A model generated the notes under the pieces. That model saw nothing but the letters and a program-made list of their open reading frames with translations, was not told the origin of the DNA and did not search any database. This document shows positions 36,401 through 43,571 of a stretch of 45,852 bases of DNA, one piece after another. The stretch comes from an uncultured Saprospiraceae bacterium. Its GTDB lineage: Bacteria > Bacteroidota > Bacteroidia > Chitinophagales > Saprospiraceae. Numbering within the stretch: position 1 is the stretch's first letter; each line of letters starts with the position of its first letter. The DNA lies in the NCBI GenBank assembly GCA_964645475.1, contig CAZYAC010000001.1:1-45852 (forward strand). Direction: 5' to 3'. A program made the translations under genes and the position numbers.

Positions 36401-37435
36401 GTGGCAGCTAAAACAGAAATTCAAAAACAATTGACCGCCATATGGGAGTCTATATTGCAGTTAACACCCATTGGCATCCATGATAATTTCTTTGCAATAG
36501 GAGGGGATTCTATTCGTAGTATACAAATAATTAGTAAGGCTCAAGAACAGGGTATCGAAATTGCTCCTCATCATATTTTTGAGTATCAGACTATTTATAA
36601 ACTCGGTACTTTTTTAGAAAATGTAAATCAATCAAATGAGGAAAATACCAATTGGGCCTCTCTAGTCCCTCTAAAAAAAGAAGGAACTAGAAGATCGCTT
36701 TTTTGTATTCACTCTGGAGGAGCACATGTTTTTTTCTATCAAGGGTTGGCAAAATATATCGAAGCAGATCAACCATTATATGCGCTCCAACCTTCGGGAC
36801 TTAATAATGAAAATCATTTGCATTCCTCTATTGAAGAAATGGCGAGTTATTATATCTCTGAAATGCAAAAATTACAACCACACGGACCTTACTATATTCT
36901 TGGGACTTGCTTTAGCAACGCGGTAGGTCTAGAAATGGCCAATCAATTAGCGCTAGCTGGAGAGTCAATAGCACGACTAATTATCGTAGATTCAGGGCCT
37001 CAATATTTACTGGGGGCGGCGGAGCGAGGAGGAAAGAAAACCACTCGACGCTTTGTAAAAATGGTCAAAGAAAAAAATTGGTCGGGAATTCGAAAAAAAC
37101 TTCGCAATCGATTTATTAGAACCAAACAAAAAGCATTGGCTCCATTAGAGAATGAACAAGAAAAAAACCTACGATTGACCATCAATTCTCTAAATCAACT
37201 CTATCATAATTATACTTGGAAGCCATTCAACGGAAAAGTTACTTTTATTCGTAGTACAGAATTTGCAAATAGGACAGATAAAAATAGTCATCTAACACAA
37301 TGGCATAAATTAGCAAAAGGAGGGCTAGAAGTTCATATCGTAGAAGGGCATCATAAAACGCTATTCGAAGAACCAGAAGTACAGGGCTTAGCTCAGCAAA
37401 TTAATGCTTGTTTGATGGATGAAAATATCAAATAG
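33410..37435 (+). CDS. Non-ribosomal peptide synthetase terminal module C-A-T-TE
   Basis: C domain with HHIIGDRSS. A domain: YIIYTSGSSGIPKG, NEYGPTE, GELHIAGAGIANGYW, YKTGDLV, GRIDQQVKIRGHRIELDEI, LPNGKIDYSALP. T domain IGGDSIRSI. TE with GTCFS, DSGP and GHH. Hand-derived specificity residues D-S-A-L-M-A-E-V-W-K are unassigned. Confidence 0.9.
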   Translation: MSSDPKNKKSSILAQWRNRKKDVSPAFTIPLKPKEEIARPSSGQHRLWLLQKLYPENPFYQYAHLYTIKGTLDIDLLKDSFQFLIDKHAILRTNFLETEEGVILKINPTEKLNFDFTDLSDLKVETAQQQAQKTIQTHALKTFNLEKDSLVRLHLLKITKDQFLLALSIHHIIGDRSSLLLMNQEWLRYYKTIKENKDIPSFDKNSIQYVDYAHWKNQQATKEKDIQYWQQKLSGPLATLALPTDFQRPKEFKFKGSTIRQLLSPTVSQQLKQLAKDQQTTMYVVLLSAFKTLLFRYTHQEDIIVGCPFSTRDQKSLEQLIGFFNETLVLRTRLSDQLKFSDSIAAVKETSIQALTHKNVGFDELVKRIKPGRKGTTNPLFQIMFVYNEVANRQALEGLSITEETIDLGVSKFDLTLFATDQEDTIELALEFSTELFELETAARILDHLSDLLTSIAGDPAQQISQISFLGAQEKSKLLTEWNNTSVKIPSYDSIHQLFEEKATHQPNKIAVACNGEKISYGELNQKANRLAQKLLTSGVKPNEFVGLFTGRSMAMVIGILGILKSGAAYLPLDPKYPTKRIEFMVDDAKINTILYQKKWEKEVPLTVAFSHSIEDAIIEKKQVDITLPTISKDQLAYIIYTSGSSGIPKGVAISHQNLIHSTAARFYFFEQNPTAFLLLSSFSFDSSVAGIFWTLCTGGTLVLPPARIEQDMRALAQIIFDHKVSHTLLLPSLYKLLLDNNSTSAQLASLQTVMVAGEACSSATVLAHFKKTNNVELVNEYGPTEGTVWSTAYHITPKDAFANIPIGRPIPNTQHYILDKNEALLPIGIPGELHIAGAGIANGYWQRPELTAKRFISKSFVSSTSDKLYKTGDLVRYRKDGIIEFLGRIDQQVKIRGHRIELDEIKNHLLHLASVEDALAIIQNRDTVPRLVAYIIPTNKEEAVSFKEALTERLPNYMIPSAFINLTEFPTLPNGKIDYSALPIPTKNDFIPDHAFVAAKTEIQKQLTAIWESILQLTPIGIHDNFFAIGGDSIRSIQIISKAQEQGIEIAPHHIFEYQTIYKLGTFLENVNQSNEENTNWASLVPLKKEGTRRSLFCIHSGGAHVFFYQGLAKYIEADQPLYALQPSGLNNENHLHSSIEEMASYYISEMQKLQPHGPYYILGTCFSNAVGLEMANQLALAGESIARLIIVDSGPQYLLGAAERGGKKTTRRFVKMVKEKNWSGIRKKLRNRFIRTKQKALAPLENEQEKNLRLTINSLNQLYHNYTWKPFNGKVTFIRSTEFANRTDKNSHLTQWHKLAKGGLEVHIVEGHHKTLFEEPEVQGLAQQINACLMDENIK
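36692..37414 (+). other. Thioesterase domain of NRPS2 with Cys in the nucleophile position (G-T-C-F-S)
   Basis: YYILGTCFSNAVGLEMA aligns to the usual LxGxSxGG nucleophile elbow. The codon TGC at 36908-36910 encodes Cys1167. Putative Asp is in IIVDSGP and putative His in VEGHHKT. Confidence 0.7.
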
Positions 37436-38051
37436 CAGTTCTACAAAGAATTGCTTTGGCAGGGGTTTTAGAGGTGACAATCACCTGATGTTTGCTTTCT
37501 GGTGGAATACGCATAAAGTCTCCTTTATTCATATGAAAAACGGTATCATTTATATAGCAATCTACGGTTCCTTCCAAAATTAGGAACCGCTCATCTAGTT
37601 TTGGATGTTCTTCTAAAGGAATACCTTTTTTGACCCACACTACTAATAATTCTCGTTGCTCATCCGCATATAATCGGGTAGGAAAAATATTATCGTACTT
37701 GTTTGGCGGTCTCAATTCTTTGATCACTGCTTCCACTTTTTCGATGGGCGTGTGTATAGAAATATTGATGAAATGAGGTGATAATTTAGTTTTATTATCT
37801 AATTGAGTCTCAGCCCATAACTTATTATCTTGTATTACAGTTTTTATGACATGTAAGGAATTTAAAGGTGGTTTTTTTTTTATAGTAGAAAAAAACTTCG
37901 AATTGGATTTAGCCGTTTGTTTCATATAATCCTTTACCTCAGGGTGCTGTTCGCTCATCCGGATAAGCTCAGCTGCCTTATCAACACTAAGAATCCCTAG
38001 ATAATATTCTTCGATAACACCGCTCTCTATATATTTTTTAATATCTGTCAT
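37428..38051 (-). CDS. Anti-sigma factor, ChrR-like (N-terminal anti-sigma domain without CxxC, C-terminal cupin)
   Basis: N-terminal IEEYYLGILSVDKAAELIRMSEQHPEVKDYM resembles an anti-sigma domain. The C-terminal ERFLILEGTVDCYINDTVFHMNKGDFMRIPPESKHQV is a cupin fold. 1-nt TAATG junction with the sigma gene. Confidence 0.6.
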   Translation of the reverse strand: MTDIKKYIESGVIEEYYLGILSVDKAAELIRMSEQHPEVKDYMKQTAKSNSKFFSTIKKKPPLNSLHVIKTVIQDNKLWAETQLDNKTKLSPHFINISIHTPIEKVEAVIKELRPPNKYDNIFPTRLYADEQRELLVVWVKKGIPLEEHPKLDERFLILEGTVDCYINDTVFHMNKGDFMRIPPESKHQVIVTSKTPAKAILCRTAI

Positions 38052-38596
38052 TAATGATCTATTAGTTTTCTAAGATCTTTATATCCTTTTCTTATTCTAC
38101 TTTTTACGGTACCCAACGGAATATTCAACTCTTTTGCAACTTCTGATGAGGTATACCCTTCAAAATAAATGAGATTTAATATTACGCTAGATTTAGCATC
38201 TAATTTAGCTACTTTACTTCTTACGTCAATAGTATCAACAGAGATACTAATAGTAGTAGATTTTTTACAAGAATGTAAATTATCTAAACTAACCAAGCGA
38301 ATCATTTGCGAATAATTCTTTGACCTAATCATATCTATGGCCGTATTTCGAGCTATCCGAACCATCCAAGTCAATAATACACCTTTTTCTGCATCAAATG
38401 AATTAATATTATTCCAAACTTTTAAGAACGTATCTTGGAGTACGATTTCAGCAAAATCCTCTAGCTTTATTATTTGGCAAATAAAACCATACACATACCT
38501 CCCATATCTATGATACAGGAATTCGATGCCTTGCTCATCTTGGGCTATAATTAAGGAAATAATTTCTTTATCTCTTTCGTTTACAGGTATTTTCAT
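38051..38596 (-). CDS. ECF-type RNA polymerase sigma-70 factor
   Basis: Region 2 is LQDTFLKVWNNINSFDAEKGVLLTWMVRIARNTAIDMIR. Region 4 is ILNLIYFEGYTSSEVAKELNIPLGTVKSRIRKG. I prefer the start at MKIPVNER (38596) over the track start 38710. Confidence 0.8.
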   Translation of the reverse strand: MKIPVNERDKEIISLIIAQDEQGIEFLYHRYGRYVYGFICQIIKLEDFAEIVLQDTFLKVWNNINSFDAEKGVLLTWMVRIARNTAIDMIRSKNYSQMIRLVSLDNLHSCKKSTTISISVDTIDVRSKVAKLDAKSSVILNLIYFEGYTSSEVAKELNIPLGTVKSRIRKGYKDLRKLIDH

Positions 38597-38857
38597 TAAA
38601 AAATATTTCTTATTATTGGTTTCTAACCAATAGTATTTTTTGAGCTTTAAATCTAGTTTCCGGTTCACTTCCTTATAGAGGAAGAAACAAACCAAAGTGG
38701 CTATTTTCAAAAAAATTGCCTTATTTCATCGTGATTCATCATTAATAATCTGGAGATCGAAAGTAATAATAAAGTCACGAGATTAATCTACAGACAAACA
38801 ATTTGCTGTTGAAAAACTAGCTGCAACGTCAGTATTTTGTCATTTGGTGAGCTTTTA

Positions 38858-39595
38858 TTAGAGTTGATTGTTTTTGAAGGTATTCTTAGCCAAAAGCTTC
38901 AAAATAGAAGTATCTATGTGATCTAGAAGGTGCTTTAGCTGACCTTGTCGGTGTAAGTCAGTCCCCAAATAATCTACCAATCCAGCTTTTATTAGCTTCA
39001 CGGCTAGTTTTTTTTGAGCGGAACCATAATATCCCGCCAAAGAAAGTAAATTGACCTGTAGACTACACCCCATGGATTTTATTTTTTCAAATTGGTCAAA
39101 CTTATTTTTATAGTATAAATAACGTTCTGGATGTGCTAAAATAGGATGATATCCCTTTGTGTTGACAGTGAAAATAGTATTATGAATATTTGCGGGTTCA
39201 GATAATGTCGAAAATTCAATCAAAATTTTTTGATCTGAAAAACTTAATAATTCAACATTAGTTGCTAGTAAATTTTCGAAATAATCATCAACATAGTATT
39301 CAGCCGCTGCGCCCAATTCTATCTCAACTTCTGCAGTTGTAAGTGCAGCGCTTAAATCGTTTAAGCCTGATCGAATATTCTCTGGTGTATTGGGATAATA
39401 ATCACCAAATATATGAGGAGTAGTAATAATTTTTTTAAAGCCCATTTTCTTTAGGGTTTTGACCATTTCCACTGCCTCTTCTACCGTTTTAGCACCATCA
39501 TCAATGCCGGCAATCAAATGAGAATGCATATCCGTTTGTAGGAAAGAAAAGTCTATTTCTTCCGTACGATGTTTTTTTTTGAAAAATGAGAACAT
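38858..39595 (-). CDS. cpsB: PHP-family protein-tyrosine phosphatase (CpsB/CapC/YwqE-type)
   Basis: DMHSHLIAGIDDGA, ITTPH and LAHPERY are the CpsB metal-binding His/Asp motifs. Confidence 0.8.
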   Translation of the reverse strand: MFSFFKKKHRTEEIDFSFLQTDMHSHLIAGIDDGAKTVEEAVEMVKTLKKMGFKKIITTPHIFGDYYPNTPENIRSGLNDLSAALTTAEVEIELGAAAEYYVDDYFENLLATNVELLSFSDQKILIEFSTLSEPANIHNTIFTVNTKGYHPILAHPERYLYYKNKFDQFEKIKSMGCSLQVNLLSLAGYYGSAQKKLAVKLIKAGLVDYLGTDLHRQGQLKHLLDHIDTSILKLLAKNTFKNNQL

Positions 39596-39782
39596 TCTAT
39601 TTCTATTAGAAATGTAAAAAAGTGGTTAAATATCTATTATAAATAATCCATTTCCTAGTTTTATCTCGTAAATACGGTAAATTAATTCATATCACTTAAA
39701 TCCTAAAAGCTATTAATATTTTTTCACCTTATTTTTTAGTATAAAGTTAGATAGTTCAATATCTTTGAGAATGATTTAAAGC

Positions 39783-40199
39783 ATGTTTGGAAATTTAAAT
39801 ACATATCGGTCTTTTTTGCAATCCTTCCTACTACTCTCTTATCTATTGAGTATATTTCAAACACCTGCTTTTGAATTAGCCCACTTTTTGTCTCATGTCT
39901 GCCAAATAAGTCCCACACACGCTGAATTACATAGTTACGGTATCGATCACGTTCATGATCACAATCATCGTGTTTTAGCATTATTAGATAATTCTACCTC
40001 AGAAAGTGAAGACCATCCTACCAATACACCTGACCTAGAACTTAAAAAAAAGGCGGAAATAAATACCCCGCTCTTAGCTGCTTCCATGATTAGTTTACCG
40101 TATCATAGTAACAATTTCGGCAATCTTAAAAAGCCGACCAAACTTTACCAACAATTAGTCGTCCCTCCTCCTCAATTCTTCCATGTACGATTTCTATAA
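39783..40199 (+). CDS. Hypothetical small His-rich protein with N-terminal hydrophobic segment
   Basis: FLQSFLLLSYLLSIF hydrophobic stretch, then ELAHFLSHVCQISPTHAELHSYGIDHVHDHNH. It is co-oriented with the TonB receptor and 173 nt upstream of it (40373 start). Coding status unverified. Confidence 0.4.
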   Translation: MFGNLNTYRSFLQSFLLLSYLLSIFQTPAFELAHFLSHVCQISPTHAELHSYGIDHVHDHNHRVLALLDNSTSESEDHPTNTPDLELKKKAEINTPLLAASMISLPYHSNNFGNLKKPTKLYQQLVVPPPQFFHVRFL

Positions 40200-40372
40200 G
40201 AGATGTTAATTAAATAAATGCAACATTATGCTTTATTTAATCGCCATCCCTAATTCATTATTAAAAAATAAGGACAAACTCCTTTTTCCTAAAATCTGTA
40301 CTTACCTGTATGATTTGAATAATCTTCTTATCATACCTAAACTTATGGTTTGTGTTGAATAAATTAAAAGAA

Positions 40373-42595
40373 ATGACCAAATTTATAATACTCCTATTTT
40401 CTCTTTTATCTACTTACTCCTTTGCTCAAGATATACAAGGCAAAGTAACCGACAATTCAAAAGTCCCCATTATAAACGCCGATATTTATATCAATCAAGG
40501 GGACAAACACAGCCATAGTGATCACCAAGGGCTTTTTAAGCTAAAAAATATTACGGTAGGTGACACACTCATTATCAACTATTTAGGCTATCAAACTATT
40601 GAACACATTTTAGAAGAAAAAGACTTTGATCGTGTTTTAAACTTTTCCATGAAAGAAGCCTTCTTTGATCTAGAACAAGTCAGTATTTCTAATTCGGTTA
40701 AATCAGTCAATAGAGTTTCGTCCATTGATTTGAAAATTTCCCCTGTCAATTCATCTCAAGAAATATTGCGAAAAGTACCAGGTCTCTTTATTGGTCAACA
40801 TGCTGGAGGAGGAAAAGCAGAACAAATATTTTTAAGAGGATTTGATATTGATCATGGTACAGACATAACCATTGCAGTAGATGGTATGCCGGTAAACATG
40901 GTTTCGCACGCGCATGGACAAGGATACGCTGATCTGCATTTTTTGATCCCAGAAACCATTGATAATATTGACTTTGGAAAAGGACCATACTACAGTGATA
41001 AAGGAAATTTTAATACAGCCGGCTATGTAGAATTCAAAACCAAAGATAAGATTGACAAAAGTACTATTGGATTAGAATATGGTCAATTTAATACAGGTCG
41101 TTTGTTTGGTTTAATAAACTTGTTAAGTACAAATAAACACAATGCTTATCTAGCCACAGAATACTTATTGACCGATGGACCCGTAGATTCTCCACAAGAT
41201 TTTAATCGAATAAATTTAATGGGAAAATATACAGGTGAATTTGATAATAATGATCGATTTTCTGTTTTAATTAGTCATTTTCAAAGCAAATGGAACGCTT
41301 CTGGTCAGATTCCACAACGACTTGTAGACAATGGTACCATCACTAGGTTTGGTAGTGTGGATGATACCGAAGGTGGTCAAACAAGTAGGACAAATTTAGC
41401 CATTGATCACACCAAAAATATTAATGAAAATTCATTTTTAAAAACAACAGCTTATATCAGCAAATATGATTTTGAACTCTATTCTAACTTTACTTTTTTC
41501 TTAAATGATCCGATCAATGGAGATCAAATTAGACAACGAGAAAGTCGAAAACTATTTGGAATAAATACTAGGTTATTTCAAAACTATGAACTTAATAACA
41601 CGGATCTAGAAATGAGTTATGGCGTAGGATTGCGATATGATGATATTAATGAAAATGAACTTTCTAGAACAAGAGATCGTAGAACCGTCTTAAGTAATAT
41701 TTCGCTGGGAGAAGTCGATGAAACCAACCTCTATACTTTCATCAACGCAGAATTTGATTTTGGAAAATGGCTCATCAACCCAGGAGTGCGATTAGATGTT
41801 TTTAAGTTTGATTATGTGGATCAATTGGCAAATACTTTTACTAGTTTAACCGAAGCAAAAGCCATCGTTGCTCCAAAACTAAACATCTTATACAACCCTA
41901 GCTCCAAATGGCAACTATTCTTTAAATCCGGTGTTGGATTTCATTCCAATGACACCAGAGTGGTCGTCAATCAAAAAGGCACCGAGATTTTGCCTGCCGC
42001 CGTTGGATTGGATATAGGTACGATCTGGAAACCTTTCCCAAGACTTTGGATCAATACGGCGATTTGGTATTTATTTTTAGAGCAAGAATTTGTCTACGTA
42101 GGAGATGAAGGCGTTGTCGAACCTAGTGGAAAAACAGATCGTAGAGGAATAGACATTGGTGGTAGATACCAATTAGCCAATTACTTATTCTTAGACACTG
42201 ATTTTAATTATACAAAATCCAAATCAATCGACGAACCTGCGTCAGCCAACCGGATCCCATTGGCACCCGTCCTAACCGCAGCGGGTGGATTGTCGCTACA
42301 ATATCCCAATCAATTTTCGGCGAGTCTCCGTTATCGCTATATCAAAGATCGTCCTGCCAATGAAGACAACTCTATCGTGGCGGAAGGCTACTTTATCCTA
42401 GACTTCAATGCAAGCTATACTTTTAAAAAATTAACCCTAGGCCTAAATATTGAAAATTTACTCAACAGAGAATGGAACGAAACACAGTTTGCCACCACGT
42501 CCAGATTGTTTGAAGAACCAGAAGAAGTTGAAGAGATTCATTTTACGCCTGGCGTACCGTTCTTTTTGAAGGGGCAGATTAAATATAGTTTTTAG
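40373..42595 (+). CDS. TonB-dependent outer-membrane receptor with CarboxypepD_reg-like N-terminal domain
   Basis: Signal peptide MTKFIILLFSLLSTYSFAQD, then GKVTD...LIINYLGYQT (CarboxypepD_reg). Plug motifs are PGLFIGQHAGGGKAEQIFLRGFD. The long beta-barrel ends in a terminal aromatic residue (..IKYSF). I prefer the ATG at 40373 over the GTG at 40352. Confidence 0.85.
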   Translation: MTKFIILLFSLLSTYSFAQDIQGKVTDNSKVPIINADIYINQGDKHSHSDHQGLFKLKNITVGDTLIINYLGYQTIEHILEEKDFDRVLNFSMKEAFFDLEQVSISNSVKSVNRVSSIDLKISPVNSSQEILRKVPGLFIGQHAGGGKAEQIFLRGFDIDHGTDITIAVDGMPVNMVSHAHGQGYADLHFLIPETIDNIDFGKGPYYSDKGNFNTAGYVEFKTKDKIDKSTIGLEYGQFNTGRLFGLINLLSTNKHNAYLATEYLLTDGPVDSPQDFNRINLMGKYTGEFDNNDRFSVLISHFQSKWNASGQIPQRLVDNGTITRFGSVDDTEGGQTSRTNLAIDHTKNINENSFLKTTAYISKYDFELYSNFTFFLNDPINGDQIRQRESRKLFGINTRLFQNYELNNTDLEMSYGVGLRYDDINENELSRTRDRRTVLSNISLGEVDETNLYTFINAEFDFGKWLINPGVRLDVFKFDYVDQLANTFTSLTEAKAIVAPKLNILYNPSSKWQLFFKSGVGFHSNDTRVVVNQKGTEILPAAVGLDIGTIWKPFPRLWINTAIWYLFLEQEFVYVGDEGVVEPSGKTDRRGIDIGGRYQLANYLFLDTDFNYTKSKSIDEPASANRIPLAPVLTAAGGLSLQYPNQFSASLRYRYIKDRPANEDNSIVAEGYFILDFNASYTFKKLTLGLNIENLLNREWNETQFATTSRLFEEPEEVEEIHFTPGVPFFLKGQIKYSF

Positions 42596-42642
42596 GTGAA
42601 AAATGGAGCCTTCATAACTACAATGCTAATAAAAATGAACTA

Positions 42643-42667
42643 CCCCGCAGCAAGCAAGCTGTCGGGG
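42643..42667 (+). terminator. Possible stem-loop after the TonB receptor gene
   Basis: CCCCGCAGC-AAGCAA-GCTGTCGGGG, an imperfect stem with one bulged T. It is not followed by a clear T tract. Confidence 0.3.
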
Positions 42668-42725
42668 TATTCACTTTGTTAATCGGTGAACTTTGCCGGC
42701 AGGCAGCTTTAGGAGATTATAAATC

Positions 42726-42760
42726 AAAAAAGGTGATGCCAACCAATAGTTAACATCACC
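42726..42760 (-). terminator. Rho-independent terminator candidate for the HU gene
   Basis: On the minus strand GGTGATG-N15-CATCACC (7-bp perfect stem, extra AAC/GTT pairing inside) is followed immediately by TTTTTT. It lies 54 nt downstream of the HU stop. Confidence 0.55.
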
Positions 42761-42813
42761 ACACATATCATTATTCTGGTTTGTAAAGGTTTGTCAATAG
42801 CCTATAAAAGGCT

Positions 42814-43086
42814 TCAATTTAATATTTCTTCAAGTTCTTTTCCTGGTCTAAACTTTACAACCTTCTTAGCAGGAATAATGATCTGCTCGCCAGTCTTAGG
42901 GTTACGCCCAGGTCTGGACTTACGCTCTTTTGAAATAAAGGTGCCGAAACCAAATAGAGAAACTTTCTTTCCATCACGTAAGGTATCACCAATGGTGTAG
43001 AGTAAAGTATCCATGACTTCTGTGGCCTGTGCAATGCTCAAATCAGCATTTTCGGCGATCCTCGTAATGAGTTCTCCTTTGTTCAT
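42814..43086 (-). CDS. hup: HU-family nucleoid-associated DNA-binding protein
   Basis: MNKGELI...FGFGTF...RPGRNPKTGEQIIIPAKKVVKFRPGK is the canonical HU/IHF arm. 90 aa. Confidence 0.9.
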   Translation of the reverse strand: MNKGELITRIAENADLSIAQATEVMDTLLYTIGDTLRDGKKVSLFGFGTFISKERKSRPGRNPKTGEQIIIPAKKVVKFRPGKELEEILN

Positions 43087-43262
43087 TTCTTTCCGTTTAA
43101 ATGTTTGGGTAAAAATTGGCAGACTTTATGTCTCCTTAACTTCGTTGTTAGTATATATTACGGGTTTTGCGTAATTTGAGTTGCAAATAACCCTCACATA
43201 TTAAATTTTTTTTAAATTATAGATATATATACTCGTATTTTAGCGCATTTAGAATTTTTATT

Positions 43263-43442
43263 ATGAAAAAAATATTGCAATTATTACTCGTTTGTGCCAC
43301 ACTTTCACTCGTAGGCACTACTGCTAGTTCCTGTAGCAAGAAAATCGGTTGTCCTTATAATGAATACACCAACAAGGATAAAAAACCAGGAAAGAAAAGA
43401 GGGAAATCTAACTTGTTTCCAAAGAAAATGCGAAGAAATTAA
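43263..43442 (+). CDS. Small (59-aa) putative lipoprotein, lysine-rich
   Basis: Below the ORF-track size cut-off. My translation is MKKILQLLLVCATLSLVGTTASSCSKKIGCPYNEYTNKDKKPGKKRGKSNLFPKKMRRN*, with a signal peptide and an A-S-S-C lipobox-like site. Confidence 0.4.
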   Translation: MKKILQLLLVCATLSLVGTTASSCSKKIGCPYNEYTNKDKKPGKKRGKSNLFPKKMRRN

Positions 43443-43571
43443 TAGACTAAGAATAAGCAAAAGGAAGTGCGGGCTGATTCTCCTTTAGGAGTCAGAGACG
43501 AGCGATGGCCACTCTTTTTGCATTGTATGGTGGCTAAAAATCATAACCTACGCAAAGAAAATTCAAGAACA

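Noticed and set aside
33410-37435. A monobactam-type (sulfazecin-like) pathway: Cys-TE NRPS plus a sulfotransferase in the same window.
   Set aside because: The sulfotransferase is about 32 kb away, inside the glycan operon. The window has no 2,3-diaminopropionate synthesis genes (SbnA/SbnB-like), dioxygenase or suitable three-module architecture. I kept this only as context for the Cys-TE observation.
37872-37881. Homopolymer tracts as phase-variation switches. Examples: A10 on the coding strand of the anti-sigma gene (37872-37881), T10 in the HupE signal peptide (32143-32152), A9 at codons 5-8 of cpsB (39572-39580), T9 in wzc (20248-20256), and 8-mers in the GT genes.
   Set aside because: Runs of 8-10 A/T occur throughout this AT-rich window. 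They mostly encode Lys-Lys-Lys or Phe-Phe, so they are expected compositionally. Without population or read-level length variation there is no evidence of switching. Long-read data would be worth checking.
39736-39981. 81-aa minus-strand ORF overlapping the 5' part of the His-rich plus-strand ORF.
   Set aside because: It has no motifs or signal features and overlaps the plus-strand ORF. The plus-strand ORF at least has an organised hydrophobic and His-rich layout and is co-oriented with the receptor. Neither is proven to be coding.
37428-42595. FecI/FecR/FecA-type cell-surface signalling system (ECF sigma, anti-sigma, TonB transducer).
   Set aside because: The anti-sigma is a soluble-looking ChrR/cupin type rather than a FecR-type membrane protein. 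The receptor has a CarboxypepD_reg N-terminus rather than an STN signalling domain. cpsB and another ORF lie between them, and they are on opposite strands.
43443-43571. Weak stem-loops between the small lipoprotein ORF and the permease 3' end (CTGATTCTCC-TTTA-GGAGTCAG; GCCAC-N18-GTGGC).
   Set aside because: The stems are short and bulged (4+4 bp or 5 bp) with no T tract. They are not distinguishable from chance.
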